The notes under the pieces: model-generated
Seen by the model: the letters and a program-made list of their open reading frames with translations, nothing else
Databases searched by the model: none
What the model was told of the DNA's origin: nothing
Source of the DNA: Owenia fusiformis
Taxonomy: Eukaryota
Assembly: GCA_903813345.2 (NCBI GenBank)
Contig: CAIIXF020000001.1
Span: forward strand, 33,790,001 to 33,854,000
Direction: 5' to 3'
DNA length: 64,000 nt
Shown here: one piece after another, positions 1 to 12,818 of the stretch
How the letters are laid out: every line of letters starts with the position of its first letter
Numbering within the stretch: position 1 is the first letter of the stretch
Program-made: the position numbers and the translations under genes

Positions 1-37
1 TACCAGGTAAAATGGGTATTTGCGTGACATTTTCTGT
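1..37 (-). mobile_element. Fragment of the CAGGCCTGTCAAC MITE family, cut by the window edge
   Basis: TACCAGGTAAAATGGGTATTTGCGTGACATTTTCTGT is the near-exact reverse complement of ~7739-7775 inside the MITE at 7655-8148. Confidence 0.7.
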
Positions 38-704
38 AGGAAAGCCGTCTGTCCATCCGTTCGTCCATCTGTTTGTTCGGGCGATAACTCAAAACTGGTC
101 GACGGATTTAATTCAAATTTTATAGGCTTATGCCTTATTGCGATAGAACCTCTGATCAAGAAGGAATTTTCAATATGGCCGCTTAATTTAAATTGGCTAC
201 CATTTTTCGTAAAAAAGAAGTTTGATAACTCACATACTACAGTCTGTTAACTGTTAAAAATAATAACAACATAACTTCGACATATGAGTGTTACCTGATG
301 AATGGGACCCTCACGTGCCTTCCAAATGGTAGTACACGAACTCTAGTGTAACTACATCAGCTTATCTTTCCGTCCGATCAACAATAAGTACAGTTATACA
401 AGAAATGTAAACGAAGTGAAAATATTCCCAAAGATTTTCCGAAAGGCATGGCATTCCGGAAGTTATGATACGTTATGGTGTCACTACGGTAAATCATTGA
501 AAAATATTGAAAAAAATTACAAAATTCAAGTTCTGGTGTGAGGTTCCATATCCATCCGCTAAAAGGTATGACACTATAAAGTCCATTTACAAATTTGTGG
601 TTTTGTTCTAAATAACGCCATAGTTGGCTTCTAGGGTACCTAGTATGCCACTATTTCATCGTATCAAAATAAAGAGGAGGAGTCCAACTTTCATTTGAAT
701 TACG

Positions 705-2195
705 CCCAATTGAAAAAAGCCTATGGAAAATCATCTCCAATTATCACCTAACTTACTATTGATAATTAGTTGAAAGTTAGGTGTAAAAATTCACATGCAA
801 ATGAGCTAATTATCAACTTAATTAACGCTTAATTTGCAACTTAATTAACGATTAACTACCATCAATATGCAAATGAGCTATTTACGTAAATTAGTTGAAA
901 GTTAGTTGTAAGTTTGATGTAAGTTAATCTCTAATTATCACCTAACTTACTATTGATAATTAGTTGAAAGTTAGGTTTAAGTCAGATTTGTGACATCTCA
1001 AAAATGACTCGCTTCTTTTTTGCTTCCCTTCACTCAGAGATTTTTGCTTCATCTTGAACTATTTTGTGACGAAATATTCATCTTAATTAGGATCTTTCAG
1101 GTCAGACAACATTGAACTTGAACTATTGAAATTTCACAGCAAGAGGAGGGAAAACCTCATGATTCAATTGATGACATACGATTTGCTCCTTCGCACACCT
1201 TTTGTCGAAAACGTACCCTCCATCTTGGTTTTTAAAATTTTCAAGTTGACCTAGTTTTAAACCAATCAACGATCGACTCGCTAAACCAATCAGCGACGAT
1301 GTCATCTCAATACAGATTTACATTATAAGCGTATGTCATCTTTGAACCCTGGGGTTTCTCCCCCTCTTTTTTAAAGCTATTCTATTTTGCAAATTTTTAA
1401 GATTCATGAAAAACATGTGAAAACATCATTATTGCCATCAACAACTAAAATCAGAACACAAACATTAGACTATAATGTTACATAATAAGGACGTAACAGA
1501 TATAATCAAAAATATGCTTTGAAATGTCTGATCTAACAATCACTATTTAGAAGAGCACATTTGGATTACTTGTGAAATATAGGTAACCCATGTTAGTACC
1601 TAAATTGCATTCTACAGTTCTAGGATTATAATATTATATGATCTGATTCAAAAAGATTTTTAAATTCATAAACATTTCAGACAGAAGTGTGAATAAGATT
1701 TTACATACATTGTATTCATGTTCTACATACCCTTATAATAATGTTGACCAAATTTCATGGTAGTACACGCACCATTCACGTTGTAATTCTCAATTTTATG
1801 AGAGAAATATCTCTCACATGTTTTCTTTTTCCACCATCTTGAAATTAAATTTAGGGGGTTTGTATTTCTAAATCATGGGCCTAATTTACAACTAATTATC
1901 ATTATAATCATCCTATATGTTAACTATCAACCAATAATCTACTTCAGAACAAAAACGTTTTAATTTACCACTTACTATCACCCTCAAACATTTCATATCT
2001 TAATTATCAACTAAAAATCATAAATCAGCATTATTGTAAGTTAATTTACGTTGAACTTGCTACTGATAATTAGGCCATAATTATCATTGATTTAATTAAC
2101 GCTTAACTTTAATTCCAATTGCCAGCAGAATTGTTGATAATTAGTTGTAAATTAGTTGGTAATAAGTTGGTAATTAGTTTTATTTTTCAATTGGG
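705..2195. mobile_element. Non-autonomous CMC/EnSpm-like element, 2-bp TSD
   Basis: CG|CCCAATTGAAAAA...TTTTTCAATTGGG|CG; the opposite arm of the host palindrome (~3905-3920) shows the empty site GAATTACGAAAATAGC; subterminal TTATCA/TGATAA repeats. Confidence 0.8.
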
Positions 2196-2998
2196 CGAAA
2201 ATAGCGATGTAGGTCAAAATAGTTCCGGCGTGAGCATGTTTACTACGCGTTTGCCCGTCATCTCAGAAATGGTAGCAAACGCGAGTTACAATAAATGGAC
2301 GCTGATATCTCAAAAAGTAACCTGCCTCCCTATAATTTGATGTAGATCAATCGAACCCCTATATGAACAGGTACATTTTGATACATAACACTATGGGGGG
2401 GGGTAAGCGTTTTATAGTTGATCACAAACGCCATATGTGCAAAGTATTGTTCTGAATTTTCGAATTTGGTGTTGGATTACGATACTCACACCTTCTGGGG
2501 TACATATTGCCAATTTCGAACGAATTAGCCCATACAATGACTATATTTCTGCAATATCCTATACATAACCTTCATCTTGACACTATATTTAACATAGGGT
2601 TTGCGTCTAGATTTTTAAATATCACTACGCCAACATAGGGACTCATTTTTAGGTAAAATGCCTGCTTCAACGATGAAAATTAACGAATAAAGTAGTTCCT
2701 GTTTACGGGACCATATTCTTGCCAACTTCAATGGTGTGTATAGTAGGTTTAAATGTATGCACTATGGCCATTTGAGGTATGTATGTAAAGCTGAGGCCAA
2801 GTACTTTCTAAATGTGCCATTTCTAGAAAAAAATCTCAAGAATATGGTCCCGTAAACAGGAACTACTTTATTCGTTAATTTTCCTCGTTGAAGCAGGGAT
2901 TTTACATAAAAATTAGTCCCTATGTTGGCGTAGTGATATTTAAAAATCGAGACGCAAACCTTATGTTAAATATAGCGTCAAGATGAAGGTTATGTATA

Positions 2999-3531
2999 TT
3001 CATATTTATTGTAATATTTGACCAGATACAACATGCTACTCACATTTAGTGCAATGTATGTATTTATTGTAATATCTGTCTTCTACCATATGCAATTCAC
3101 ATTTCGTGCAATATTTGTATTTATTGTAATATTTGACCATATGCAACATGCTACTCATATTTTGTGCAATATATGTATTTATTATGCAATATCCATCTTA
3201 CATTGGGTGCAATATATCGTATTGAATGAAATGATTGACAATATGATTCCATGAACTGCTTATTTATGCCAAACTGATTATAAGAGTTGTAATTTGATAT
3301 TAATGGTTTTAATGTATAAATCTTTACCAGAGACATTATATGTCTCTGTCTTTATGAATGTTGACCCAAGCTGCCCATTGGGGGTAGTAATGGGTGACAC
3401 TTAGATATAATGTATACTGTATAAGTCGGCACTGGCTGGTGATGTTACAAAATGTTGTTTTTATTATGTATTTTATATGTATATTGTAATATCAGTGACA
3501 CAAAAATAAACTATTTTAAACTAAACTAAAC
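2999..3531 (+). mobile_element. 5'-truncated non-LTR retroposon 3' end (LINE 3'UTR or SINE tail)
   Basis: Interrupts one palindrome arm with TGTATA duplicated (2993-2998, 3532-3537); ends AATAAA then (CTAAA)n; short stem-loop near 3373-3396. Confidence 0.7.
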
Positions 3532-5860
3532 TGTATAGGATATTGCAGAAATATAGTCATTGTATGGGCTAATTCGTTCAAAAATGGAAATATGTACCCC
3601 AGAAGGTGTGAGTATTGTAATCCAACACCAACTTCGAAAATTCAGAACAATACTTTGCACATATGGCGTTTGTGATCAACTATAAAACGCTTACCCCCCC
3701 CCCCCCCCATAGTGTTATATATCAAAATGTACCATGTACCTGTTCATATAGGGGTTCGATTGATCTACATCAAATTATAGGGAGGCAGGTTACTTTTTGA
3801 GATATCAGCGTACATTTATTGTAACTCGCGTTTGCTACCATTTCTGAGATGACGGGCAAACACGTAGTAAACATGCTCACGCCGGAACTATTTTGACCTA
3901 CATTGCTATTTTCGTAATTCAAATGAAAGTTGAACTCCTCCTCTTTATTTTGATACAATGAAATAGTGGCATACTAGGTACCCTAGAAGCCAACTATGGC
4001 GTTATTTAGAACAAAACCACAAATTTGTAAATGGACTTTATAGTGTCATACCTTTTAGCGGATGGATATGGAACCTCACACCAGAACTTGAATTTTGTGA
4101 TTTTTTTCAATATTTTTCAATGATTTACCGTAGTGACACCATAACGTATCATAACTTCCGGATTGACATGCCTTCGGAAAATTTTGGGGAATATTTCCAC
4201 TTCATTTACATTTCTTGTATAACTGTACTTATTGTTGATCGGACGGAAGAATAAGCTGATGTAGTTACACTAGAGTTCGTGTACTACCATTTGGAAGGCA
4301 CGTGAGGGTCCCATTCATCAGGTAACACTCATATGTCGAAGTTATGTTGTTATTATTTTTAACAGTTAACAGACTGTAGTTGACGGATTTGGTTCAAATT
4401 TTATACTATGATGCCTAGGGACAAAGGAGCAATTGCTGGAGAAGAGATTTTTAAGATGGATTGTAAGGCCTGTGGGTGGCAATGAAATATAACAGTAGAA
4501 ATGTAGTTAAAATGTCTTCTAAAATATCTATTTGAAATACTCTCACAGTCACAAACTCTAGGCAACACTAACTAGTAAAGGGACAACACCCCAACTCAGT
4601 TACATGTGAGTGAATGTGGAAACCATATAAGGATCACAAAACATTACATAAAACACACTCAGCATGCATACATGTAAAAATGGTTTAAACAATAGAAGGT
4701 AGAGTAGAAGGTATACAAATGAATTGAAAACATTGGAATTAAATATTTGAAACACTGGTGTAAAGTAATGAAGGGACCTGTTAAAATGACATGGATGGGG
4801 ATTGGTCAATATGAAAAGTAGAAATATAACAATGTGAAAATGACCATGTTACATCCACGCGGACACGTCCTAATGCGTCCCGCATTAAGCCTTACTCGGC
4901 CACAAAATATGGAAAATATAAAACTTCACTTTTCAAAATGATTTACAATAAAATATTAAGTAATGGTTTAAACCTCCCCTTTTAAACATCCACTACCAGA
5001 ACAAAGTATAGTATAAATAACACCATAAAGAATATAGTGGATTGTTGAAAAATCAAACAAAAATTAATTGAATCACATTTACGATGATATTAAAATGACA
5101 TTAGAATTGAATCAATGCTACACCTTAAATGTTAAATAAGGCTTGTTTACCTGACAAATATAAGCAACATTTTTATAATTAAACAAGTATCCCTTGGCAA
5201 CACCATTACAGACTTACATAATCTACATCATTAAAGACAAAATAATACACCATGGTAGGCTGTGATACACCATTAAAGGCTTGAATATGCACCATTCAAG
5301 GCAAAGTAATACACCACTTAGGCAGTTAATTAATACACCATTTTATAGGCAGCAATACACCATTTTAGGCAATAATACATCAATATAGACGACCATACAC
5401 CAATTTAGGCTAGATATTACACCATTTGGGATTTAAGACATTACCAACATTAAATGCAAATATTACGATCATAACAAATTAACCTACAAACAGTTATAAA
5501 TGCAGCAAAGAAATAAACTTTATCACTTGCATGAATAGCATAATGTCATTCACAATTAAAGTATAACAATGTGTTAGAATATAAAACATATGGTTGCAAC
5601 CTGAATTGTTAAAGACATAATTAAAAAACATTCATTTAAAAGTCAATGATTTAATTTCATGAATCAGCATCAGAATCAGTATCCCAGCATAAATATATGG
5701 CAATCAGTATCAATTATATATCACATTATTATCAGATGGGCAAAATTATTGCACATCAAAAGTCGGCATCATATCATTGTAATATGGCAGATATACATGT
5801 AGATTGTGTGGTGTCATCATATGGAAGATGAGAATTTTTTGATTCCTACATTATTTAGCA

Positions 5861-7022
5861 CAGTACTGTCAACCCCCAAAGATTTTCTCGCGGGACAGAT
5901 TTTTTAGACCCAGTGCCAAAAATTCGCGGGATTTTGCGGGACATCCACCTAAATTCGCGGGACATTTAAGGGATTTGCGTGATTGCGCTAAAAGGTCAAA
6001 TTTTGATCAAATTAGCGGGATTTCGCGGGACCATTCGAGGGACAAACACGCTACTTGCGGGACAGTTAACAGGGTAACCACCAAAGACTTCATAGAGGGA
6101 TAATTTTTTTAGACAAAGTGCCCTAAATTCGCGGGATTTTGCGAGACATCCACCTTTTGCGGGATGTCGCAGGACATTCAAGGGATTTTTAATGTAAGAG
6201 TACTCTTAAATCAAACTTTCAGATACTGATTTATCAAATATAATGCACTTAACTTAAGTAAACGTCAACACAATTCCACACAATACGCATAGAACTATTA
6301 TTAAACTATCAAAAAACCACGCTTTAGGTGTGAGTACCGTAATCCGACACGAAATTCAAAAATTCTTGTGAATACTTTGCACTTATGGCGTTCGTGACCA
6401 ACTATGAAACATTTACCCCCATAGTGTTATATATCAAAATGTTCCTATTCATATAGGGGTTCGATTATTCTACATCAAATTATAGGGAGTCAGGTTTCTT
6501 TTCGAGATATCAGTGTCCATTTATTGGAACTCGCGTTTGCTAACACTTGTTCAGTACTGAGATGAAGGCCGTGACACGCGTAGTGAAAAGGCCAACGTTG
6601 GAACTAATCGTGACATACATCCCTATTTCCGTAATTAAAATGAAGTTTGCACTCTTCCTCTTTATTTTGATACCAAACGGCATGCTAGAAGCCAACTATG
6701 GTTGGATCAAAATCATAGTTTTATAAGTGTACTATATGCTCTTTCCAAAAGCAGTCTTCGATGATCTGATGCACTGGGAGTTCGGCAGCACTTTTCAAAT
6801 TAGGTAAACTTGACTCCTCAAAAGTGCAAAAAGCTTAGCTTCTTATATCACAAGATAATCACAATTATTTAGCCTCGGGGATTGTTACAATTTTGAAAAT
6901 TCGCGGAGGTCAAAGCCGTCATTTGCGGGAATTCGCAGGACATTGCGGGACACGCGAATAAGCCAAATTTTGGTCAAATTCGCGGGATAATCCCGCCATT
7001 CGCGGGACACTTGACAGCTCTG
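5861..7022. mobile_element. Non-autonomous CAG-terminal DNA transposon with 6-bp TSD (hAT6-like)
   Basis: TTAGCA|CAGTACTGTCAA...TTGACAGCTCTG|TTAGCA; many subterminal GCGGGA motifs; contains a diverged fragment (~6325-6700) of the 240-4376 family. Confidence 0.8.
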
Positions 7023-7028
7023 TTAGCA

Positions 7029-8271
7029 CTAATATCTGCTGATCGAATTCTGTGGTGGTACATCTGGCCTAGATTTACACTGTGGTGAAGTAGCCATTTT
7101 GAATTGATTGTGCATTCCAAGAAACTCCATATATCCAGAGGTGTTAACTGTATTTGGCACTACGTGTATGTTCACATAATTCTTGATTTTATCCTGATAC
7201 ACACATATCTGTTGACTTTGATCCTCTAGTTTTCGGGTAAGATCTTTGATCAATTTAGAATATTCATTATTTTGAGACTGTAGATCATCAATCCGTTGTT
7301 GTGATGCATTAATCTGTGAGAAGTCACGATCATTGTTTGCCTTGTATTCTGCAACATCCCGTTCCAATAATTTAATAATTTCATACACGACTTAAGTTGA
7401 GCTTTGTAGATATTATTTCCTTTCTTCTGACCAAACAGTTCACTTTGAATACGCTTAAAATTGGCCATATTGGAACTGTATTCATTCATGTCAACAGTTT
7501 CTGCTTGAGTATATTTGTTGTGACTTTTCGGTTTATCAGTGTCTTTGCACTTCTTAGTCTGAATTGACACAGATTTGACATTCACAGGCTGTATGGAAAC
7601 AGTCCTAACATACCTGTGTGGCTGAATATGGTCTCTGTCATGGTGTCCATAACACAGGCCTGTCAACTGTCCCGCAATTTGCGTATTTGTCACGCATTTG
7701 CTGAAGAATTTGAAGTCACGCCAGTTATTTTTGCGTGACAGAAAATGTCACGCAAATACGCATTTTACCTGGTAATTGTCAAGCAAAAATATTTCTGTAG
7801 AAAATTTTCTAAAAAAGATCGTCTACACAGCAAAAATACGAACGCCGGGAAAAAAATGTACGCATTTCGTTCGGACTTTTTACGGGAATTACGTATATGT
7901 CACGCACTCTGTTCGAAATTTTTCGTACCTACCTCCCCCCCCCGTTGATGGGTGTTTGAAACGCGAGCATAGCGAGCGCGAAAAATTTGAGGTGTTCAAA
8001 ATTTGGCAAGATGTAATAAAATTTAAACCAAGGTGTTCAAAATTTGGATCAAGGTGTTCAGATTTGGACCAAGGTGTCCACATTTTGAGAGGAGGTGTTC
8101 AACATTTCCAAGTCACTCATGTTAGGTGTTCCCAAGTTGACAGGCCTGATAACAGCTGCATATCGAACAAAAGTATTTCGCTTGTTTGAACAGTTTACAA
8201 CATCTTTTAGTATGCCCTGGAGACTTGCAGAACCAACAGGTTATCATCGAATAGTAATCCACATTCTTCAT
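7029..8271 (-). pseudogene. Disrupted ORF with two N-terminal zinc knuckles followed by a predicted coiled coil (gag-like)
   Basis: ATG at 8271; removing MITE 7655-8148 plus one TSD gives in-frame MKNVDYYSMITCWFCKSPGHTKRCCKLFKQAKYFCSICSCYGHHDRDHIQ; probable 1-nt frameshift near 7390 into track ORF 7029-7388. Confidence 0.7.
7655..8148 (+). mobile_element. CAGGCCTGTCAAC MITE copy 1, 6-bp TSD
   Basis: ATAACA|CAGGCCTGTCAAC...GTTGACAGGCCTG|ATAACA; internal ~21-bp GGTGTTCAAAATTT repeats. Confidence 0.92.
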
Positions 8272-8338
8272 TATTGTATATCAAATGTTTTCAAAATCCA
8301 AAATCAACAGTTTCTCAACACTTTTGCTGCTATCTTAT

Positions 8339-10348
8339 GGTTATAATGAAAACACGAGCTACGCGCTAGCGCACTAACGCACTGTTCAGAATGATCGTTC
8401 CCACAGGCCCGGGAACATGTATAAAACTCGAGTGAGTGAAGAGATTAGGTGGCGCATCAGAAAGCAGAAGTATGAAGAAGCCCAATGTTTGATCGTTACG
8501 TTAACTGTGCAAAGATTATCGATTGTCAGTGTGTTTTATCTGATTTAAAAGGAAGATAAATAGAAAGTAGCACGGTCGCAGATATGCGAATATGCTCCCT
8601 ATTTCATTTTCATTGCATTATTTGGGTCCATCCATCGGCGAGAAAAATCCCGTTTCGAAATCTGAGCCGGGGGCCCAACTTCTCCTATTTGTCGCATGTT
8701 ACCTCTTAATATCAAGTCATGGATGTTTTATATATCTTTACTCTTTGTATTTGAAGTTATTTCTCTCATGACTTACCAAACGGTGGGATAATTCAGGCGT
8801 CGCATTTAAATTTTTCCATTTTTCTTTTCATGCCCTGTTACACTCTTTCGCTTTCATGGGGGGGGGGTGTATAGGGTTATCGTATAAGAGGAGGGTGAAA
8901 ATCTATTGTGTATGACTGCATAAGAGGGGGCAACATTTATCGTATATGGCATCGTATAAGTTAAATAAACATATGTTTTAAAAGAATTAAAGAAGCCTAT
9001 TATGAAATTTAAAGTACAGTTTGAACGAATACTGCAGATCCAGCTTATCTCCATAAATTTGGGATTTCAATACACAAGTAGTTGTGGGGGCTTGCCCGTA
9101 GCCAGCTTTTACCAGGAGGGGAAGCCTTTTTCCAGGGGAAGCTTTTTCACAATTTTGGCTAATAATCATGAAGAAATTCTCAGAATGGTGAGAAACTGCA
9201 TGATTTTGAAAGAATCTCTGGCCAGAGGGGGAGCTCCGCTCCCCAGCTCCCCCTCTGGCTACGGGCCTGGTTGTGGGGGTGATTTGAAAAATCAGTCCCA
9301 CAGGACAGGACAGTAACCAGGATTTCCCAGGGGGGGGGCACTTTTTCAAAAAAAAATCCAAAGTCACCCTCCGAACCCCCCTGGCTTCGGGGCTGTGTAC
9401 TGTCTATTTGCCGTATGATTATACATTTGGTACTACGTGGATTCTTGCATTATGTTATTTCCTTCTGAATATTATCCAAACTTTTCTCAACGGTAATTTC
9501 AAAATTATCGTACAGATTATTTACCTGAGCTTTTTGTAAAATATAGTACTACAGGGAGATGTGAAAAATATTGCATACACTGTATGTTATACATGTAAAA
9601 GGGGTGAAAATGCTGTAAATGGTATAAGACTGAGGGGCTAGTGAAAAATAGTGTATATGGATTTCCAAGACCCCTATAAACCCCCCTTTCATGTTTGCTT
9701 TCGTTTTTCTCAATTTGATTTTAGATTTAAAAAGTTTTGAATTACGTCAGTCCCAGTGAATTGTATTACCTATCAGGAATATTGTTGAAAACAGGATTGT
9801 ATTTCATTTGGAATTAAAGTTTTAAATAAGAGACGATTTAAAAAGTAATGTAAACCTGACCAGCATGTTTTATCATTGTCCGGTAATTGGCCGTAAATAT
9901 TTATTAATTCTAAGTTACTCATGTTCTTTTAGGTCAAATACAGAGAAAAGTACACGTTCATTTAGTTTTGGAATTATTTCCTAAATTGAAGTCGAATTCT
10001 GTTTTTTAACGGTGTGAAGAACATCTTAATTGGTCTTATATTTTTAGAGAAATCGTAACTTGAAAAGTGTAATTTTCGAGAGGCTTTGTTTATTTCCTGC
10101 GGCCGCAAAGTTCACATCAAAGTCTGATTGACAGGTTAGCGGTGATTTATACAGTCTTTGAACTGTCAATGTTTTGACAAGTTCCCAGAGAGTCATAACC
10201 CTAATTATACATGTCCCTGGGCCAAGGGTATAGACCAATCATAAACATGCGCTTAAAACATGCGCACACATCGTGGGGGAGGGATCATTTTCTATTAGCG
10301 CATTGGCGCGTGGCGCGTTAGCGCGTAGCGCGTGTTTTCATTATAACC
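8339..10348. mobile_element. Non-autonomous Mutator(MULE)/Merlin-type element, 9-bp TSD
   Basis: CTATCTTAT|GGTTATAATGAAAACACG...CGTGTTTTCATTATAACC|CTATCTTAT. Confidence 0.85.
8859..9685. mobile_element. Poly-G/poly-C-terminal non-autonomous DNA element, 8-bp TSD, copy 1
   Basis: CTTTCATG|GGGGGGGGGTGTATAGGG...CCCTATAAACCCCC|CTTTCATG; contains small GC-rich MITE remnants at ~9092-9400. Confidence 0.7.
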
Positions 10349-10429
10349 CTATCTTATCGATATTGCCTACACCACTGTCGCTATTTGTGCCTACCCCACT
10401 GTCTGCTGTTACGTACTAACTATTTGCCT

Positions 10430-10447
10430 ACCCCACTCCTGGTACCA
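10430..10447 (-). promoter_or_regulatory. Primer-binding site complementary to the 3' end of tRNA-Leu (TAA-type)
   Basis: Plus strand ACCCCACTCCTGGTACCA matches the CCA-bearing 3' end of tRNA-Leu(TAA) as I recall it; lies 2 nt from the TG/CA repeat boundary at 10450. Confidence 0.8.
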
Positions 10448-10555
10448 AATGTAGCGGGGCTATTGTAAGGCCCGTGGGTGGCAATCAAATATAACAGTAG
10501 AAATGTAGTTAGAATGTCTTCTATAATATCTATTTGAAATACTCTGTGTACATCA

Positions 10556-10832
10556 CAGGCCTGTCAACTGTCCCGCAATTTGCGTATTTGTCACGCATTT
10601 GCTGAAGAATTTGAAGTCACGCCAGTTTTTTTTGCGTGACAGAAAATGTCACGCAAAATACGCATTTTACCTGGTAATTGTCACGCAAAAATATTTCTGT
10701 AGAAATTTTTTCGAAATATGTTTACGATACGGTAAAAATATGAACGCCGGAAAAAAACCGAACGCAATTTGTTCGTATTTGTCACGCGAATCCCGTATGT
10801 GTCACGCATGTTCATTGGAAATTTTCCGGACC

Positions 10833-10870
<38 letters not shown>

Positions 10871-11067
10871 TTGACGATATCGCGAGCGTTGCGAGCGCGA
10901 AAAATTTGAGGTGTTCAAAGTTTGGCAAAGGTGCTCAAACTTTGGCCAAAGGTGTTTAAAAGTTGGCCAAAGGTGTTCAAAATTTGGACAAAAGTGTTCA
11001 GATTTGGACTTAGGTGTCCAACATTTTGAAGTCACTCATATTAGGTGGTCCCAAGTTGACAGCCCTG
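10556..11067 (+). mobile_element. CAGGCCTGTCAAC MITE copy 2, 6-bp TSD
   Basis: ACATCA|CAGGCCTGTCAAC...GTTGACAGCCCTG|ACATCA; 36-nt C run at 10834-10869. Confidence 0.92.
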
Positions 11068-12818
11068 ACATCACAAACTCTAGGCAACACCATTATAGAC
11101 TTACATAATCTACATCATTAAAGACAAAATAATACACCATGGTAGGCTGTGATACACCATTAAAGGCTTGAATTTAAAATGGCCACCATTTTTCATATAA
11201 AAACGTAATCTTTGATAACTCAAATATAAGTTGACGGATTTGGTTTAGATTTTATATGCTGATGTCTAGGGACAAAGGAGCTACCCTGAAAAAGAGATTT
11301 TCAAAATGGCTGCTAAATATCAAAATGGCGGCCATTTTTCGTAAAAAAGGTAATTTTTTATAACTCAAATACCAGTGAATGGATATGGTTCAAATTTTAA
11401 ATGCTGGTGCCTAGGGACAAAGGAGCTTCCCTGAAGAAGAGATTTTCAAAATAGCTGCGAAATATCAAAATGGCAGCCATTTTTCATAAAAAAAGTGATC
11501 TTTGATAACTCAAATACCAGTGAATGGTTTTGGTTCAAATTGTATATGATGATGCCTAGGGAAAAAGTAGATTTGTTCAGAAAATCTTTTCAAGATGGCG
11601 GCTGAATTTCAAAATGGCCACCATTTTTCATAAAAGAACTCAAAAACTACTTGAAGGATTTGGTTCAGATTTTTTATGCTGAAAATTCTTAATCACTTTT
11701 TTATTGTCGGCCATTTTGGATTTTTCTGTCCTAAAATCTTCTCTGTCAAGTCTTGTCTATGCGTTTTCAGGTGAACCGTTTGGTAGATCAATTTCAAATT
11801 TTCAGGGATGATTCTTAGTATGAAAATCTAGATATGATTAGTTTTTTGGCATTCTGGGTAAATGTCAAGGCAGCCATTTTGGATTTTCCGTCCTAAAATC
11901 TTGTCTGTAAAGTCTTGTCTACGCATTTCCAGGTGAACCGTTTGGTAGATCAATTTCAAATTTTCAGGGATGATTCTAAGTATGAAAATCTAGATCTGAT
12001 TAGTTTTTTGGCATTCTGGATAAATGTCAAGGCAGCCATTTTGGATTTTCCATCTTAAAATCTTGCCTGTAAAGTCTTGTCTATGCGTTTTTAGGGGAAC
12101 CGTTTGGTAGATCACTTTCAAATTACAAGGGGTGATTCTTCGTGTCAAGATATAGATCTGATTAGTTTTTTGGCATTCTGCGTAAATGTCAAGGCAGCCA
12201 TTTTGTAGATCAATTTCAAATTTTCAGGGATGATTCTTAGTATGAAAATCTTGAACAGATTAGTTTTTTGACATTCTGGGTAAATGTCAAGGCAGCCATT
12301 TTGGATTTTCCATCCTAAAATCTTGTCTGTAAAGTCTTGTTTACATGTTTTCTGGTTAACTGTGTGATGGATCAATTTCAAATTTTCAGGAGTGGTTCTT
12401 AGTATGATAATCTAGAACTAACTAATTTTTGGGCATTCTGGGTAAATCTTAAGGCAGCCATTTTGGATTTTCCAGTCCTCAAATTGTGTCGGTAAAGTTG
12501 GGTTTACGAAAAAGACCGACCCCACCGACCACCGACCGGTCGGTGTTTTCCACTGGTAGCCTCTAAGCAGGGTTTGAAGAAAATGTGTAAAAGACCGACC
12601 ATATCATGTAAAAGACCGAACATATTTGTAGCCTTAAAATATTAATAATTTGATTTTGAATGTCAATCGTTGGACTAGGCAACGTTTTACCGATTTTTTA
12701 CCTTGCAACGAATGGCAAGCAAACAAATTGGGCATGACCGTCTCCTCTCGATTAATTGTCCTGCCTTAGGTCCTAACCTATCATTAACCAACCTATCGTT
12801 TCTTTTTATGAAATTTAA

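Larger units (their letters stand above)
240..4376. mobile_element. Foldback-like non-autonomous DNA transposon with TA TSD (Tc1/mariner-type ends)
   Basis: TA|CAGTCTGTTAAC...GTTAACAGACTG|TA; arms (240-704 + 2198-2721 vs 2837-2998 + 3538-4376) are reverse complements over ~990 bp around a ~115-bp spacer; removing it restores the host monomer. Confidence 0.9.
4460..11167 (-). mobile_element. Non-autonomous LTR-retrotransposon-like element (no pol seen), heavily nested
   Basis: Direct repeat 4460-~5286 vs 10462-~11172 (second copy has an internal deletion and a MITE); on the minus strand the repeat ends ...CTACA, then TT, then a PBS; zinc-knuckle ORF follows the PBS. Confidence 0.65.

Noticed and set aside
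2119..3958. Near-identical short ORFs on opposite strands (2119-2340, 3770-3958)
   Set aside because: By-product of the palindromic MITE arms
10430..10447. tRNA-Leu gene fragment
   Set aside because: Only the 3' 18 nt including CCA are present, at a TG/CA boundary, which fits a PBS
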